64,000 bases of DNA from Fidelibacterota bacterium (GTDB lineage Bacteria; Fidelibacterota; UBA8477; JABMPR01): contig JAERTH010000058.1 in NCBI GenBank assembly GCA_016844955.1, positions 279 to 64,278 on the forward strand. The letters run 5' to 3'. The notes beneath the pieces were generated by a model. It worked only from the letters and a program-made list of their open reading frames with translations, did no database searches and was not told the DNA's origin. Below, one piece after another: positions 18,589 to 28,223 of this stretch. How positions within the stretch are numbered: the first letter of the stretch is position 1; each line of letters opens with the position of its first letter. The translations under genes and the position numbers were made by a program.

Positions 18589-19920
18589 ATGAGTTCAGTA
18601 TCGATTCACGGATATGGGGATGAGCTGACCATTAATGGTGTTCGTATTGGTGATCTTGGACCGGCAGAACATGAGGCCATTGAATTGGAAAAGGGTGGGC
18701 AGAATTATGCTCCTCTGGAAAATGTAGTGGTAAGCCATGTCCAGGACAGCTCAACGTTGATCTGTCGCAAACCAGACCCTGAAGGTGTCAAAGCCTACAT
18801 CGAAGAAGAATTACTTGATGGCCTGTGCTGCTATTCTGCGGTAAATCAAGGACAGTTGAATAAAACTATTGTTGATGCCGTGATTGCCCACCTTCAGGAT
18901 GAGAAGATTCCTACGGTACCGCGTTCAATTCGACATAAGTACATGGCTGCCTTCCTGATGGCTGCCACAGCTATTACCAAGATGGATAAAGTTGTACCCA
19001 AAGTTGCCGGTGTTGAAGCTCCTGAACTTATGGCCAAACTATCACGTCGCTGGGGATATCGGGTCAAGGGTATTCCAGCCAATGAAGCCATCATTGTAGT
19101 GGCTGCGGAGAATTTCCACGGACGCTCACTATTTGCAGTATCCGCATCCACTGATCCAGCAGCCAAAGAAGATTTTGGTCCTTTTCTACCGGGAATTGAG
19201 GTCGTGCCCTTCAATGACGCTGACGCACTGGAAAAATTGTTCCAGGAAAAGGGCGACAGGATTGCTTCCTATATCGTTGAGCCCATTCAGGGCGAGGCAG
19301 GCGTGATTCTACCGTCCCCAGATTACCTACCCAGAGTTGCTGAATTATGTAAAACACATAACGTTCTTTTCTGTGTGGATGAAGTGCAGACAGGTTTTGC
19401 TCGCACCGGTGCACATTTCGCGCATCAGTTATACAATGTGAAACCAGATCTCATGGCCTGTGGCAAAGCAGCAGGTGCTGGCATCATGCCGGTTTCCTTT
19501 GTGGCTGGTCGCAGAGATGTGATTGATGTGTTAACCCCTGGTTCTGAAGGATCAACCTTTGGTGGGTTTCCTCTGGGATCAGTGACTGCGGTCTATGCTA
19601 TTAAAGCTATGGTCGATGAGGATCTGGCCAATCGGGCAAAAGCCATGGGTGAGAGACTCCAGGGTCATTTTGAAGCCATCCGGATGGATTATCCTGATAA
19701 GATTAAAGCAGGCAGAGGTGCTGGTTTGCTAACTGCCTTTGAAATGTTTGATAAACCCGGTCTGGATGGACACAAGGTGTCACTGAAATTGCTGGAAAAG
19801 GGTATCTATGCCAAAGAAACCCACAAAACCACGGTTCGACTGGCGCCAGCCCTGACCATCACTCCTGAAGGGATTGATCATATCGGTGCCTCCATCCGCG
19901 AGGTAATAAAAGAGCTCTAA
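18589..19920 (+). CDS. Class-III PLP aminotransferase, ornithine aminotransferase-like
   Basis: 443 aa. Collinear with my recollection of eukaryotic/bacterial OAT: YSAVNQG, RWGYRVKGI, HGRS, EPIQGEAGV, DEVQTG-ARTG, GKA (PLP Lys), GSTFGG. GGAGAG RBS. The N-terminal ~90 aa are divergent. Confidence 0.75.
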   Translation: MSSVSIHGYGDELTINGVRIGDLGPAEHEAIELEKGGQNYAPLENVVVSHVQDSSTLICRKPDPEGVKAYIEEELLDGLCCYSAVNQGQLNKTIVDAVIAHLQDEKIPTVPRSIRHKYMAAFLMAATAITKMDKVVPKVAGVEAPELMAKLSRRWGYRVKGIPANEAIIVVAAENFHGRSLFAVSASTDPAAKEDFGPFLPGIEVVPFNDADALEKLFQEKGDRIASYIVEPIQGEAGVILPSPDYLPRVAELCKTHNVLFCVDEVQTGFARTGAHFAHQLYNVKPDLMACGKAAGAGIMPVSFVAGRRDVIDVLTPGSEGSTFGGFPLGSVTAVYAIKAMVDEDLANRAKAMGERLQGHFEAIRMDYPDKIKAGRGAGLLTAFEMFDKPGLDGHKVSLKLLEKGIYAKETHKTTVRLAPALTITPEGIDHIGASIREVIKEL

Positions 19921-20010
19921 GGGTTTACTAGATAACCTTGCGAAGGTTTGACCTGGCGCGTCGCAGTCGTATGACGCAGACGGCAACCTTCGCAAGGATC
20001 AAACCTTAGT

Positions 20011-20040
20011 AGAGTCAGCTTGCAGCTGACTCTTTTATTT
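20011..20040 (+). terminator. Rho-independent terminator after the aminotransferase gene
   Basis: agagtcagct-tgc-agctgactct is a 10-bp stem followed by tttatttt. It overlaps the last codons of the convergent gene ending at 20015. Confidence 0.6.
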
Positions 20041-20569
20041 TAAGCAAATGAGTCTGCACAAAACCATTGGGGTAACCCTGAACCCGATGTGTTTCCCAAC
20101 GATCCAGAGGAAGCGGTTGTGTGAAAGGCGGCAAACCGTCTCCAAGCAAGGCAGGAACCTTAGTAATGATGATTTCATCCACCAGGTCTGCACTGAGGAA
20201 TTGTCTGATCAATTCACCACCATCCAGGTATACGTGGTTGAGACCATCAGCAGCAAGTTGCGCCAATATCTCTGCGGGAGTACCTGCTTGGGTTGAGACC
20301 ATGGCTTCATCTGGAAGGGGAGTGGGTAAATCTCTGTGTGTTATCACCGTAACGGGAAGTTCACCATAAGGCCACATGCCAAAGCTTAACACCTGGTCAT
20401 AGGTATTCCTGCCCATTACCAGAACATCGACCTCAGATATAAATTTGGCATAACCATAGTCCTCATCAGAATCAGTCTGCTCAGATAGCGCATTCAACCA
20501 GTCTACACCGCCATTTTTATCAGCAATGAAGCCATCCAGGCTGGTAGCCATGTAGACTGTAATCTTCAT
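20015..20569 (-). CDS. Dihydrofolate reductase-family protein (RibD C-terminal domain type)
   Basis: 184 aa. The N-terminus MKITVYMATSLDGFIADKNGGVDWL and overall length are typical of the YwjB/RibD_C family. Confidence 0.7.
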   Translation of the reverse strand: MKITVYMATSLDGFIADKNGGVDWLNALSEQTDSDEDYGYAKFISEVDVLVMGRNTYDQVLSFGMWPYGELPVTVITHRDLPTPLPDEAMVSTQAGTPAEILAQLAADGLNHVYLDGGELIRQFLSADLVDEIIITKVPALLGDGLPPFTQPLPLDRWETHRVQGYPNGFVQTHLLKIKESAAS

Positions 20570-20601
20570 TGGTGTTTCAATATTTTACAGATGAGGTCAG
20601 C

Positions 20602-21051
20602 TTAAACAGGACGAACCACCATGAGATAGAGAGCAACCAGGGTCAAGAGCATAGCAATGATGCCCAGTGTGTTCCAAATCAGGGTTAGCTTCTGAAATTG
20701 GGGAGAGAGGTGTCCCACATCATCCTCATTTAGCATGCGTATTTGTTTGAGTTGAATCGGTAACATGCCCGCCAGCCACATTAATACCGCGACGGTTAGC
20801 ATGGCGTAGCTGTGATAAATCCAGCCAAAGGCGGCAATGCCACCAAATTTAGGGGCTAGCATATGACCTGTTACACCAATCAGTAAGGCCCCGGGGAGGG
20901 TGAAAACCCAGTCGGTGAGTTTGGTCAACTTTAGAGCATGCCTCACCACACTGATGTCCTTACTTTTAAGCACAGATAAGCGCCAGAATGCACCGATAAT
21001 GCTGTTGCCTAGAAAAAAAACAACGCCAAGAATATGTAGAGTTTTAATCAT
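20602..21051 (-). CDS. Small 4-TM membrane protein (DUF2269-like)
   Basis: 149 aa with four hydrophobic helices. The N-terminus KTLHILGVVFFLGNSIIGAFW resembles that family from memory. Confidence 0.45.
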   Translation of the reverse strand: MIKTLHILGVVFFLGNSIIGAFWRLSVLKSKDISVVRHALKLTKLTDWVFTLPGALLIGVTGHMLAPKFGGIAAFGWIYHSYAMLTVAVLMWLAGMLPIQLKQIRMLNEDDVGHLSPQFQKLTLIWNTLGIIAMLLTLVALYLMVVRPV

Positions 21052-21297
21052 AAGTATATTTTCCTTTTCTGCTAAGAAACTAGGCGAGATGTGGTTAGCT
21101 CACAAGTGAATCCATTTCATCAGTGAACAGACTGTTCCTGGTGTGGAATTCGCTGAAAGCGTTTTGATGATCGAAGCGGATGACCCTCACGGGAAAGCCC
21201 TGCTCCCGGGAGAGCAGGACTTATGGGAAACGGAGGTTGTGCAAGACCCGACCCGGCGGGTTTAAAACATGTGATACATATTCATGTATCAAACTCT

Positions 21298-22542
21298 CTA
21301 CAGCTTAAAACCTTCCTCTTGGCGACGGATATAGGTTGGAACCGTTAGATCATCACTAAAATGCATGATGACATCATCAGTCTTTTGACGTTCAAAAGTT
21401 GGCGTTTCAAGACGTTGTCTATCATCAAAAGTATCCACACGAGGTGTAACAGGTGGTTCAACAAATTCAGTTACAGGTGTCTCTATATTGATTTCATGCA
21501 CAGGAGTTGCCTCGGCGACTGGAGTTGTGGGACGTTGTACACGCGCTGGCTGGTTTTCTTTTTTATCAAAAACCAGATCAGAATCATGATGAAAGCCCGT
21601 GGCAATTACGGTTACTCTCAATTCATCACCCATCTCTTCATCAACAACGGCTCCAAGAATGATATTGGCCTGATCACCAACTTCTTCAAAGATCAGGTTG
21701 GAGGCTTCATCAACTTCAGCAAGCGTCATACTGGATCCACCAGTAATATTGATCAGCAGACCCTGGGCTCCACGAATGTTGGTGTCATCCAGGAGAGGTG
21801 ATGAAATAGCAGTCTGAGCGGCCAGTACAGCGCGTTCCTCACCTGAAGCTATGCCTGTACCCATGATGGCATCACCCATGCCTTCCATGACCGTTTTAAC
21901 GTCAGCATAGTCAAGATTGATCAGACCATGTACGTTGATCAAATCTGAAATTCCACGGGTTGCCTGATGGAGCACTGAATCCGCTTCAAGAAAAGCATCT
22001 ACCATGCTGGTGCTTCTGTCTACGATGGAAAGCAAGCGCTGGTTAGGGATAACAATAAGGGTATCGAGGAATTGTCTCAGGTTGTCTACACCTTCTTTTC
22101 CGCGTTTGGCTCTTGGTGGACCCTCAAAGCGGAAGGGTGTGGTGACAATACCAATGGTCAATGCGCCAATTTCCTTGGAAATACGGGCAACTACTGGTGC
22201 AGCACCTGTTCCTGTACCACCACCCATACCGGCAGTGATAAAGACCAGATCAGATCCATCCAGGGCAGCGGCAATTGCCTGTGCATCTTCTTCAGCAGCA
22301 GCTTCACCCACATGGAGTTTTGCTCCGGCTCCCAGACCTTTTGTGATGGTTTTTCCAATCTGAATCTTGACATCGGCTTTGCTATGATCCAGAGCCTGGG
22401 CATCTGTATTGACAGCGATGAATTCCACACCGGTCAATTCAGAGTCTACCATTCGGTCGATGGCGTTGCTACCAGCACCGCCAACACCAATTACCCGGAT
22501 TCGGGCTTTCTGTTCTTTTAAACTATCAAACTCAAACAACAT
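21298..22542 (-). CDS. ftsZ: Cell division GTPase FtsZ
   Basis: GVGGAGSNAIDRM, tubulin signature GGGTGTGAAPVVA, and the C-terminal peptide DDLTVPTYIRRQ. Confidence 0.97.
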   Translation of the reverse strand: MLFEFDSLKEQKARIRVIGVGGAGSNAIDRMVDSELTGVEFIAVNTDAQALDHSKADVKIQIGKTITKGLGAGAKLHVGEAAAEEDAQAIAAALDGSDLVFITAGMGGGTGTGAAPVVARISKEIGALTIGIVTTPFRFEGPPRAKRGKEGVDNLRQFLDTLIVIPNQRLLSIVDRSTSMVDAFLEADSVLHQATRGISDLINVHGLINLDYADVKTVMEGMGDAIMGTGIASGEERAVLAAQTAISSPLLDDTNIRGAQGLLINITGGSSMTLAEVDEASNLIFEEVGDQANIILGAVVDEEMGDELRVTVIATGFHHDSDLVFDKKENQPARVQRPTTPVAEATPVHEINIETPVTEFVEPPVTPRVDTFDDRQRLETPTFERQKTDDVIMHFSDDLTVPTYIRRQEEGFKL

Positions 22543-22573
22543 GTGACTATCCTCCGTTTTGGATGTTCGTTTC

Positions 22574-23824
22574 TTAAAAATTATTTTTAAAAAAGTCGGT
22601 AAACTTCTTTACTACCCGTGTAACTGTCCCGGAATCATACCGACTTGTATCTTCTGATTGAAATTTTGCAGCGTGGGCTATCAAACCAGTGGCTGTGGCA
22701 TATTCTGGGCTATCGATCATCTCTGTTGCATCGATAAAACCGATGGGGTTACCCAGACGAACAGGTAAATCGAATACCCGCTTGGCCAGGGGAATGATTC
22801 CAGGAATCTTCGAGCCACCACCGGTGAATACCAATCCTGATCGTAGATGCTTGAGCATGCCACTTTCCTGAAGATTGGCCTTCACCATCCTCAAGGTTTC
22901 GTCCATACGTGCTTCGATATACATGGAAAATTCGGATTCGTTTAAATTGCGATCTTGACGACCACCCACACCTTTTACATCAAAAACTTTATCAACGGCT
23001 GTTTCTTCAGTGAAACAATGACCGTATTTTAATTTTAACTCGTCCGCCTGCGCTTCTGTGATGCGCAAGATACCAGCGATGTCTGTAGTGACCTGATTGC
23101 CGCCAAAGGGGAGTGAGACTGTGTGTTCAACTCCAAATTTTGACATGACGATGGCATCCGTAGTCCCGGCACCGATATCAATAAGTCCTACACCGATCTG
23201 TTTCTCTTCTTCCGTGAGTACGGACTGGGCTGAGGCGATGGGTTCAAGAACAAAATCCTTAACCTGACATCCAGCATGTTTGACAGCAGTAATAATATTT
23301 TTAGTGCTGGCTGTGGCTGAGGTCACCAGGTGCACCTGGGCTTCCAGGCGTCGGCCAGTCATACCCACAGGATTCCGCAGACCAGTCTCATCATCCACAG
23401 TAAATTGTTGGGGGATCACATGGATGATGCGGCGACCGTTGGGTAAACCAACTGCTTTGGCGGATTCAATGACCCGGTCCACATCTTCTTCTGTGATTTT
23501 TAACTCTTTTTCACCGCCGCGCTTAGATACGTCTGCAATTCCGATAACTCCTGTAGCATTAAGACTGAAAATATGTTCTCCAGCGATGCCAACAGTGACA
23601 TGGTTTGCTTTGATGCCCGCACTGAGCTCGATGGCATCCAGTGATGTTCTGATGGCATTTGCAGTAGCTTCAATATCAACGATGGTTCCGCGACGCAACC
23701 CCGTGGATTTGGAACTACTCAGTCCCACAACTTTGAGAACATCTTCGTGGTCTGGTTCGGCGGCGATGGCACATACCTTTGAAGTGCCAATATCAATACC
23801 AATGTATATTCCACGACTATTCAT
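22574..23824 (-). CDS. ftsA: Cell division protein FtsA
   Basis: 416 aa with an actin fold (IGIDIGTSKVCAI, DIGAGTTD). Sits between ftsQ and ftsZ. Confidence 0.95.
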   Translation of the reverse strand: MNSRGIYIGIDIGTSKVCAIAAEPDHEDVLKVVGLSSSKSTGLRRGTIVDIEATANAIRTSLDAIELSAGIKANHVTVGIAGEHIFSLNATGVIGIADVSKRGGEKELKITEEDVDRVIESAKAVGLPNGRRIIHVIPQQFTVDDETGLRNPVGMTGRRLEAQVHLVTSATASTKNIITAVKHAGCQVKDFVLEPIASAQSVLTEEEKQIGVGLIDIGAGTTDAIVMSKFGVEHTVSLPFGGNQVTTDIAGILRITEAQADELKLKYGHCFTEETAVDKVFDVKGVGGRQDRNLNESEFSMYIEARMDETLRMVKANLQESGMLKHLRSGLVFTGGGSKIPGIIPLAKRVFDLPVRLGNPIGFIDATEMIDSPEYATATGLIAHAAKFQSEDTSRYDSGTVTRVVKKFTDFFKNNF

Positions 23825-23826
23825 TG

Positions 23827-24594
23827 TTATTTACGCTCCTTTACGATGACCTGACGATCAAATCGTAGATCTATATACTGGTAGGGACTGATGATCCCTG
23901 ATTCTGATTCATCTGATACAAATTTTTCCAGGATTATGCTGTTCATGATTGCATCATCCTCGTTACCCAGGAATACGGTGGTTCCATGGGTGGCGGAGAT
24001 CAGTTTGATTCCCCGACGGTCATATGAAATTTCTGAGATATCCAGATAGATGTTTTGATGCTCTTTGCGCATTACCTTGAGGAAATTCACCAACATCTGG
24101 GCTGTTTCATCGGGTATAACTTCACCGATTTCCGAATTGGGAAGATCAACATCAATACTAGTGATAATAGGTAGGTTATAGAGCATGCCTTTATCAGGAA
24201 GTGGCAGCAGAATTGCCTTTTCATCCAGGGTCATAATTTCTTTGATAGCGATGTAGGCCACAGGGAGCACATCATACAGATAGATGTCCAGGGCATTGGG
24301 GTAGTGGCGTGTGGCTTTGGCACTGCGTATTAATGGGTATTCCAGAAAACGATTCTGAATTTCCATTAGATCCAGCTTCATCAGTGATTCACCCAGATAT
24401 ACCTCAGTGAGACTTTCAACTCGCTCAGGACTCATGGTGCGTTGGCCAAAAAGATTTATCACTTCTACTTGATCACTACTTACCATATCTGCGTATTTGA
24501 GGCTTAATGAGCCAAGCAGAAGTACGCAAGCTAGAAAAGCACCTGAGAATGCCCAGCTTTGAGGCGGGATGGTATAGAGTGAGGCTCGGGCCAT
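23827..24594 (-). CDS. ftsQ: Cell division protein FtsQ (POTRA-type)
   Basis: 255 aa with one N-terminal TM (WAFSGAFLACVLLLGSLSL) and a periplasmic domain. Sits between murC and ftsA. Confidence 0.7.
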   Translation of the reverse strand: MARASLYTIPPQSWAFSGAFLACVLLLGSLSLKYADMVSSDQVEVINLFGQRTMSPERVESLTEVYLGESLMKLDLMEIQNRFLEYPLIRSAKATRHYPNALDIYLYDVLPVAYIAIKEIMTLDEKAILLPLPDKGMLYNLPIITSIDVDLPNSEIGEVIPDETAQMLVNFLKVMRKEHQNIYLDISEISYDRRGIKLISATHGTTVFLGNEDDAIMNSIILEKFVSDESESGIISPYQYIDLRFDRQVIVKERK

Positions 24595-25968
24595 TTATTT
24601 ACTGGCTCCTAAAAACATTCCATGGAGCTTCCAGATATCACCGGCGCCCATGGTTACGAGTAGATCACCATCCTGCAATTGGGGAGCAAGCATTTCATGC
24701 ACATCGTCAATGGTGGCAACCAATTGAATCTTGTCATCGCCGTGTTTAAGTATCAGTTCTGATGTTACACCTGGTATAGGAAGTTCACGGGCGGGGTAAA
24801 TGTCAGTGAGAATGGCAATGTCAGCAGTACTCAGCGCTCTGGCAAAGTCCTGGGCGAAATCACGTGTACGTGAATATAGATGGGGTTGGAAGACTGCAAT
24901 GATGCGTGATTCTGGCCATCCACTCCGAGCTGCGCTCAAGGTTGCTTCCAACTCCGATGGGTGATGGGCATAGTCATCAATAAACTGGACGCCATTCTGT
25001 GAGCCTTGAAGCTGAAAACGTCGATACACACCAGTAAAGGCTTCCAGACCTGCTTTAACATGCTGGAAATCAACTCCCATCTCGGTTGAAACAGCGCATG
25101 CTCCCAGGGCATTAAGCACATTATGTTCACCGGGCATATTCAGCGTGATCTCACCCAGGGGGGAACCATTCTTTACAACGCTGAACCGGCTCTGAAAGGC
25201 ATTGATATCAATATTTGTCGCCCGATAATCAACTTGTTCAGTCAACCCATAGCTGATCACTGCATGAGGGGAGCGTTGCGCCAGATCCCGCAATTCCTGA
25301 TCATCGCCCTGGATTACCAGGATTCCATTATCATCCAGTTTTGATATGAATTGTAGAAATGTATCACGCACGTCCTGGATATCTTTATAAATGTCCAGAT
25401 GATCCGCTTCCAGGGTTGTTACAATTATCTGCGTTGGGCTTAAAGCCAGGAATGATCGGTCATATTCATCAGCTTCAACCACAATATTATCAAGTGCTCC
25501 CAGACGTAGATTGGAATTGAGGTTTGGGAGAATTCCACCAACGAGAATACTTGGATCCATACCGGCGGATATGAGAATTTGGCCACACATACCGGTTGTT
25601 GTGGTCTTGCCGTGGGTTCCAGAGACACCAATTGTGTTTTTATAGGCCATGGAAATTTGTCCCAAGAGCTCAGCCCGTCTGATTTCAGGAATCTGATGGC
25701 TCTCGGCGAAAGCGCGTTCGGGATTATCAGGCTTAACAGCACTTGAATAAACCACCAGGTCAGCAGATGCTGCATGACTGGCTGCGTGGCCGATATGTAC
25801 CTGAATATCTGCAGCTCTCAAACTATCTAACAGAGCGCTATCCATCTGGTCCGAACCAGAAATAGCCTTACCCTGTTGCTTAAGGAGCAGTGCCAGGGCA
25901 CTCATCCCAATACCGCCGATACCGACGAAGTGAACATGTTTGGCTGATTTAAGCACTGGTGTTGGCAA
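24595..25968 (-). CDS. murC: UDP-N-acetylmuramate--L-alanine ligase MurC
   Basis: VHFVGIGGIGMSALA and the GTHGKTTTT P-loop. 457 aa. Confidence 0.95.
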   Translation of the reverse strand: MPTPVLKSAKHVHFVGIGGIGMSALALLLKQQGKAISGSDQMDSALLDSLRAADIQVHIGHAASHAASADLVVYSSAVKPDNPERAFAESHQIPEIRRAELLGQISMAYKNTIGVSGTHGKTTTTGMCGQILISAGMDPSILVGGILPNLNSNLRLGALDNIVVEADEYDRSFLALSPTQIIVTTLEADHLDIYKDIQDVRDTFLQFISKLDDNGILVIQGDDQELRDLAQRSPHAVISYGLTEQVDYRATNIDINAFQSRFSVVKNGSPLGEITLNMPGEHNVLNALGACAVSTEMGVDFQHVKAGLEAFTGVYRRFQLQGSQNGVQFIDDYAHHPSELEATLSAARSGWPESRIIAVFQPHLYSRTRDFAQDFARALSTADIAILTDIYPARELPIPGVTSELILKHGDDKIQLVATIDDVHEMLAPQLQDGDLLVTMGAGDIWKLHGMFLGASK

Positions 25969-27100
25969 TCCTTATAATACTGTTACAGATCTCACGAGTA
26001 GCATTGGGGCGTCTCAGGCCAGATGAAGCCTGGGACATGGATGTGAGATGACCCTGGTTGGTTAAAACATCTGTGAGCAAGGGAAGAAAAGCACCTTCAG
26101 CCAATTCAGCTTCCAAAACCACACGAGCAGCCCCAGCAGTTTCCTGACTTCTGGCATTAAATTCCTGATGATTCGCTGCGGCACTGGGTAGGGGAATGAG
26201 GATTGCTGGCAACCCAAAGTGATTTATCTCTGTCAGTGTCATAGCACCTGCGCGACAGACCATGAGATCGGCGATTGAATAGGCATGATCCATTTCATTG
26301 ATAAAGGGTCTTAATACAATTCGTGGATTGGTGCCGATCTGCTTTTGACAGAACTCAAAATCGGCTTTTCCCGTCTGCCAGAGCACCTGCATATCAAGTT
26401 TCTCCAGGTAGATCGAAATTTTCCTTACAAAATGATGATTGATTGCCCGAGCACCCTGTGAGCCACCCAAAATAAAGAGAGTTGGCAATTCAGGGTTCAA
26501 TCCAAAAAAGCTGGCAGCTTCTTGACGATCAATTGAGGTTCCCAAATGACGGATGGGGTTGCCAGTAATCAGCGTTTGGGCACCCTTCAAATGTTTGAGT
26601 GCATCTTCATAGGTCAGATACACCTGTTTGGCTTTGCGGGCGAAGAGACGTGTAACCATTCCAGGGTAGCTGTTCTGTTCCTGGAGCACTACTGGAATGT
26701 TATTTCTCAGCGATTGTCTCACCGGCACTGCACTGGCGTATCCGCCTGTTCCAACAGTGATATGGGGATCAAATTCCCGAAGGACTCCGTTTGCTTTTAG
26801 AATGGAAGCTGTGAGACGACCGGGAAGGGTAATATTCTGCTTTAGACCGGATAGTGTGAGTGATCTTGACAATCCACGAACCGGCAATGTTTCAAGTGTA
26901 AAGCCTGCCTCAGGGATTAATCGATTTTCCATACCGTAATCGCTTCCCATAAACAGGAACTCCACACCACCAAAGACACTTTGCTCAGCAATATTGCGTT
27001 GTAGTTGTTCTGCGATAGCCAGAGCTGGAATGATGTGTCCACCAGTTCCACCGCCGGCCAATGCAACACGTAGTGTGTTGGTTTTAGTCTTAGAGATCAA
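25949..27100 (-). CDS. murG: Lipid II-forming glycosyltransferase MurG
   Basis: LAGGGTGGHIIPALA motif. 383 aa. dcw position. Confidence 0.93.
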   Translation of the reverse strand: MISKTKTNTLRVALAGGGTGGHIIPALAIAEQLQRNIAEQSVFGGVEFLFMGSDYGMENRLIPEAGFTLETLPVRGLSRSLTLSGLKQNITLPGRLTASILKANGVLREFDPHITVGTGGYASAVPVRQSLRNNIPVVLQEQNSYPGMVTRLFARKAKQVYLTYEDALKHLKGAQTLITGNPIRHLGTSIDRQEAASFFGLNPELPTLFILGGSQGARAINHHFVRKISIYLEKLDMQVLWQTGKADFEFCQKQIGTNPRIVLRPFINEMDHAYSIADLMVCRAGAMTLTEINHFGLPAILIPLPSAAANHQEFNARSQETAGAARVVLEAELAEGAFLPLLTDVLTNQGHLTSMSQASSGLRRPNATREICNSIIRIANTSA

Positions 27101-28223
27101 TGTTCAAGACCCTTTCGGATGATAAAATTTTTCCTGATTCATTGCTGGAAGAAATGTTGAAAAGGATGCCCAGCATAATTGCTGTTACCAGAAGATTGGA
27201 GCCACCATATGAAATCAGGGGCAGGGGCAAACCTGTTGTTGGTAAAATTCCAGTGACAACGCCAATGTTTACCATGGCAAAGCTAAACAGTGAAAAACTG
27301 ATGCCGATGGCCAGCAGCATGCTGAACGAATCAGTGGAGTTACGTGCAATGCGCAATCCTCGCAGGAAAAGCAGCAGGAAAAGCAGTAGGAAGAAGGAGG
27401 ATCCCACAAAGCCAAATTCTTCACCCAGAATGCTGAATACAAAATCTGTATGGGGTTCCGGCAGGAATAAATCCTTCACATAGCTATTGCCCAGGCCTAC
27501 ACCGCTGATACCTCCATGAGCCAGACCCATAAGGGAGTGATGAACCTGGAATCCTTCATTGGCAACATCAACATTGTCACTGAAGAAGGTCATGATTCGT
27601 TTCCACATATAGGGTTTACTCCAGGCGTAAACCAGTGCAGTGATAGAGCCCAATGATAAGAATCCTGAAATATGACTGAGTTGGATGTTACCCAGATAAA
27701 AGAGCACCAGGCACAGCATCATGATCATCAGAGATGAGGAGAGATCGGGCTGGATTGCAATTAATGCGACAACCGTGGCAACAATGACCAGGGCCGGTAG
27801 CACGCTTGACTTGAAGTCATTCAAGTCTGGCTGCTTACGATGCAGGTAATCCGCCATGAAAATGATCATTCCCAAGCGTACAAAATCTGCCACCTGGAAA
27901 CTGAACCCTCCGATGTATAACCAGCGTGCGGGATGGGTAAACCCCATCACTTTGTTATAGAACAAAACACCAATCAGCATGGCATACATCCCGATGAGAA
28001 TGACATAGCGTAGTGGTCTGAAATACTGATGGGGGAAGCGGGAAAAGGCCATGCCCAGCATGATAGCAATGGTTCCATTCATGAGATGTCTTTTCAGGTA
28101 ATGCGCAGAATCGGGATTTTGCGATGTGGAAGCAGAATACATGACAACAGATCCGGCTACGAACAGGATAATCACGATAAAGAACAATACTTTATCCATG
28201 TGGAATTGTTTCACAGTGACCAC
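27090..28223 (-). CDS. ftsW: SEDS-family protein FtsW
   Basis: 377 aa, about 10 TM segments, C-terminal PLPLISYGGSNLL motif. Sits between murD and murG. Confidence 0.9.
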   Translation of the reverse strand: MVTVKQFHMDKVLFFIVIILFVAGSVVMYSASTSQNPDSAHYLKRHLMNGTIAIMLGMAFSRFPHQYFRPLRYVILIGMYAMLIGVLFYNKVMGFTHPARWLYIGGFSFQVADFVRLGMIIFMADYLHRKQPDLNDFKSSVLPALVIVATVVALIAIQPDLSSSLMIMMLCLVLFYLGNIQLSHISGFLSLGSITALVYAWSKPYMWKRIMTFFSDNVDVANEGFQVHHSLMGLAHGGISGVGLGNSYVKDLFLPEPHTDFVFSILGEEFGFVGSSFFLLLFLLLFLRGLRIARNSTDSFSMLLAIGISFSLFSFAMVNIGVVTGILPTTGLPLPLISYGGSNLLVTAIMLGILFNISSSNESGKILSSERVLNIDL

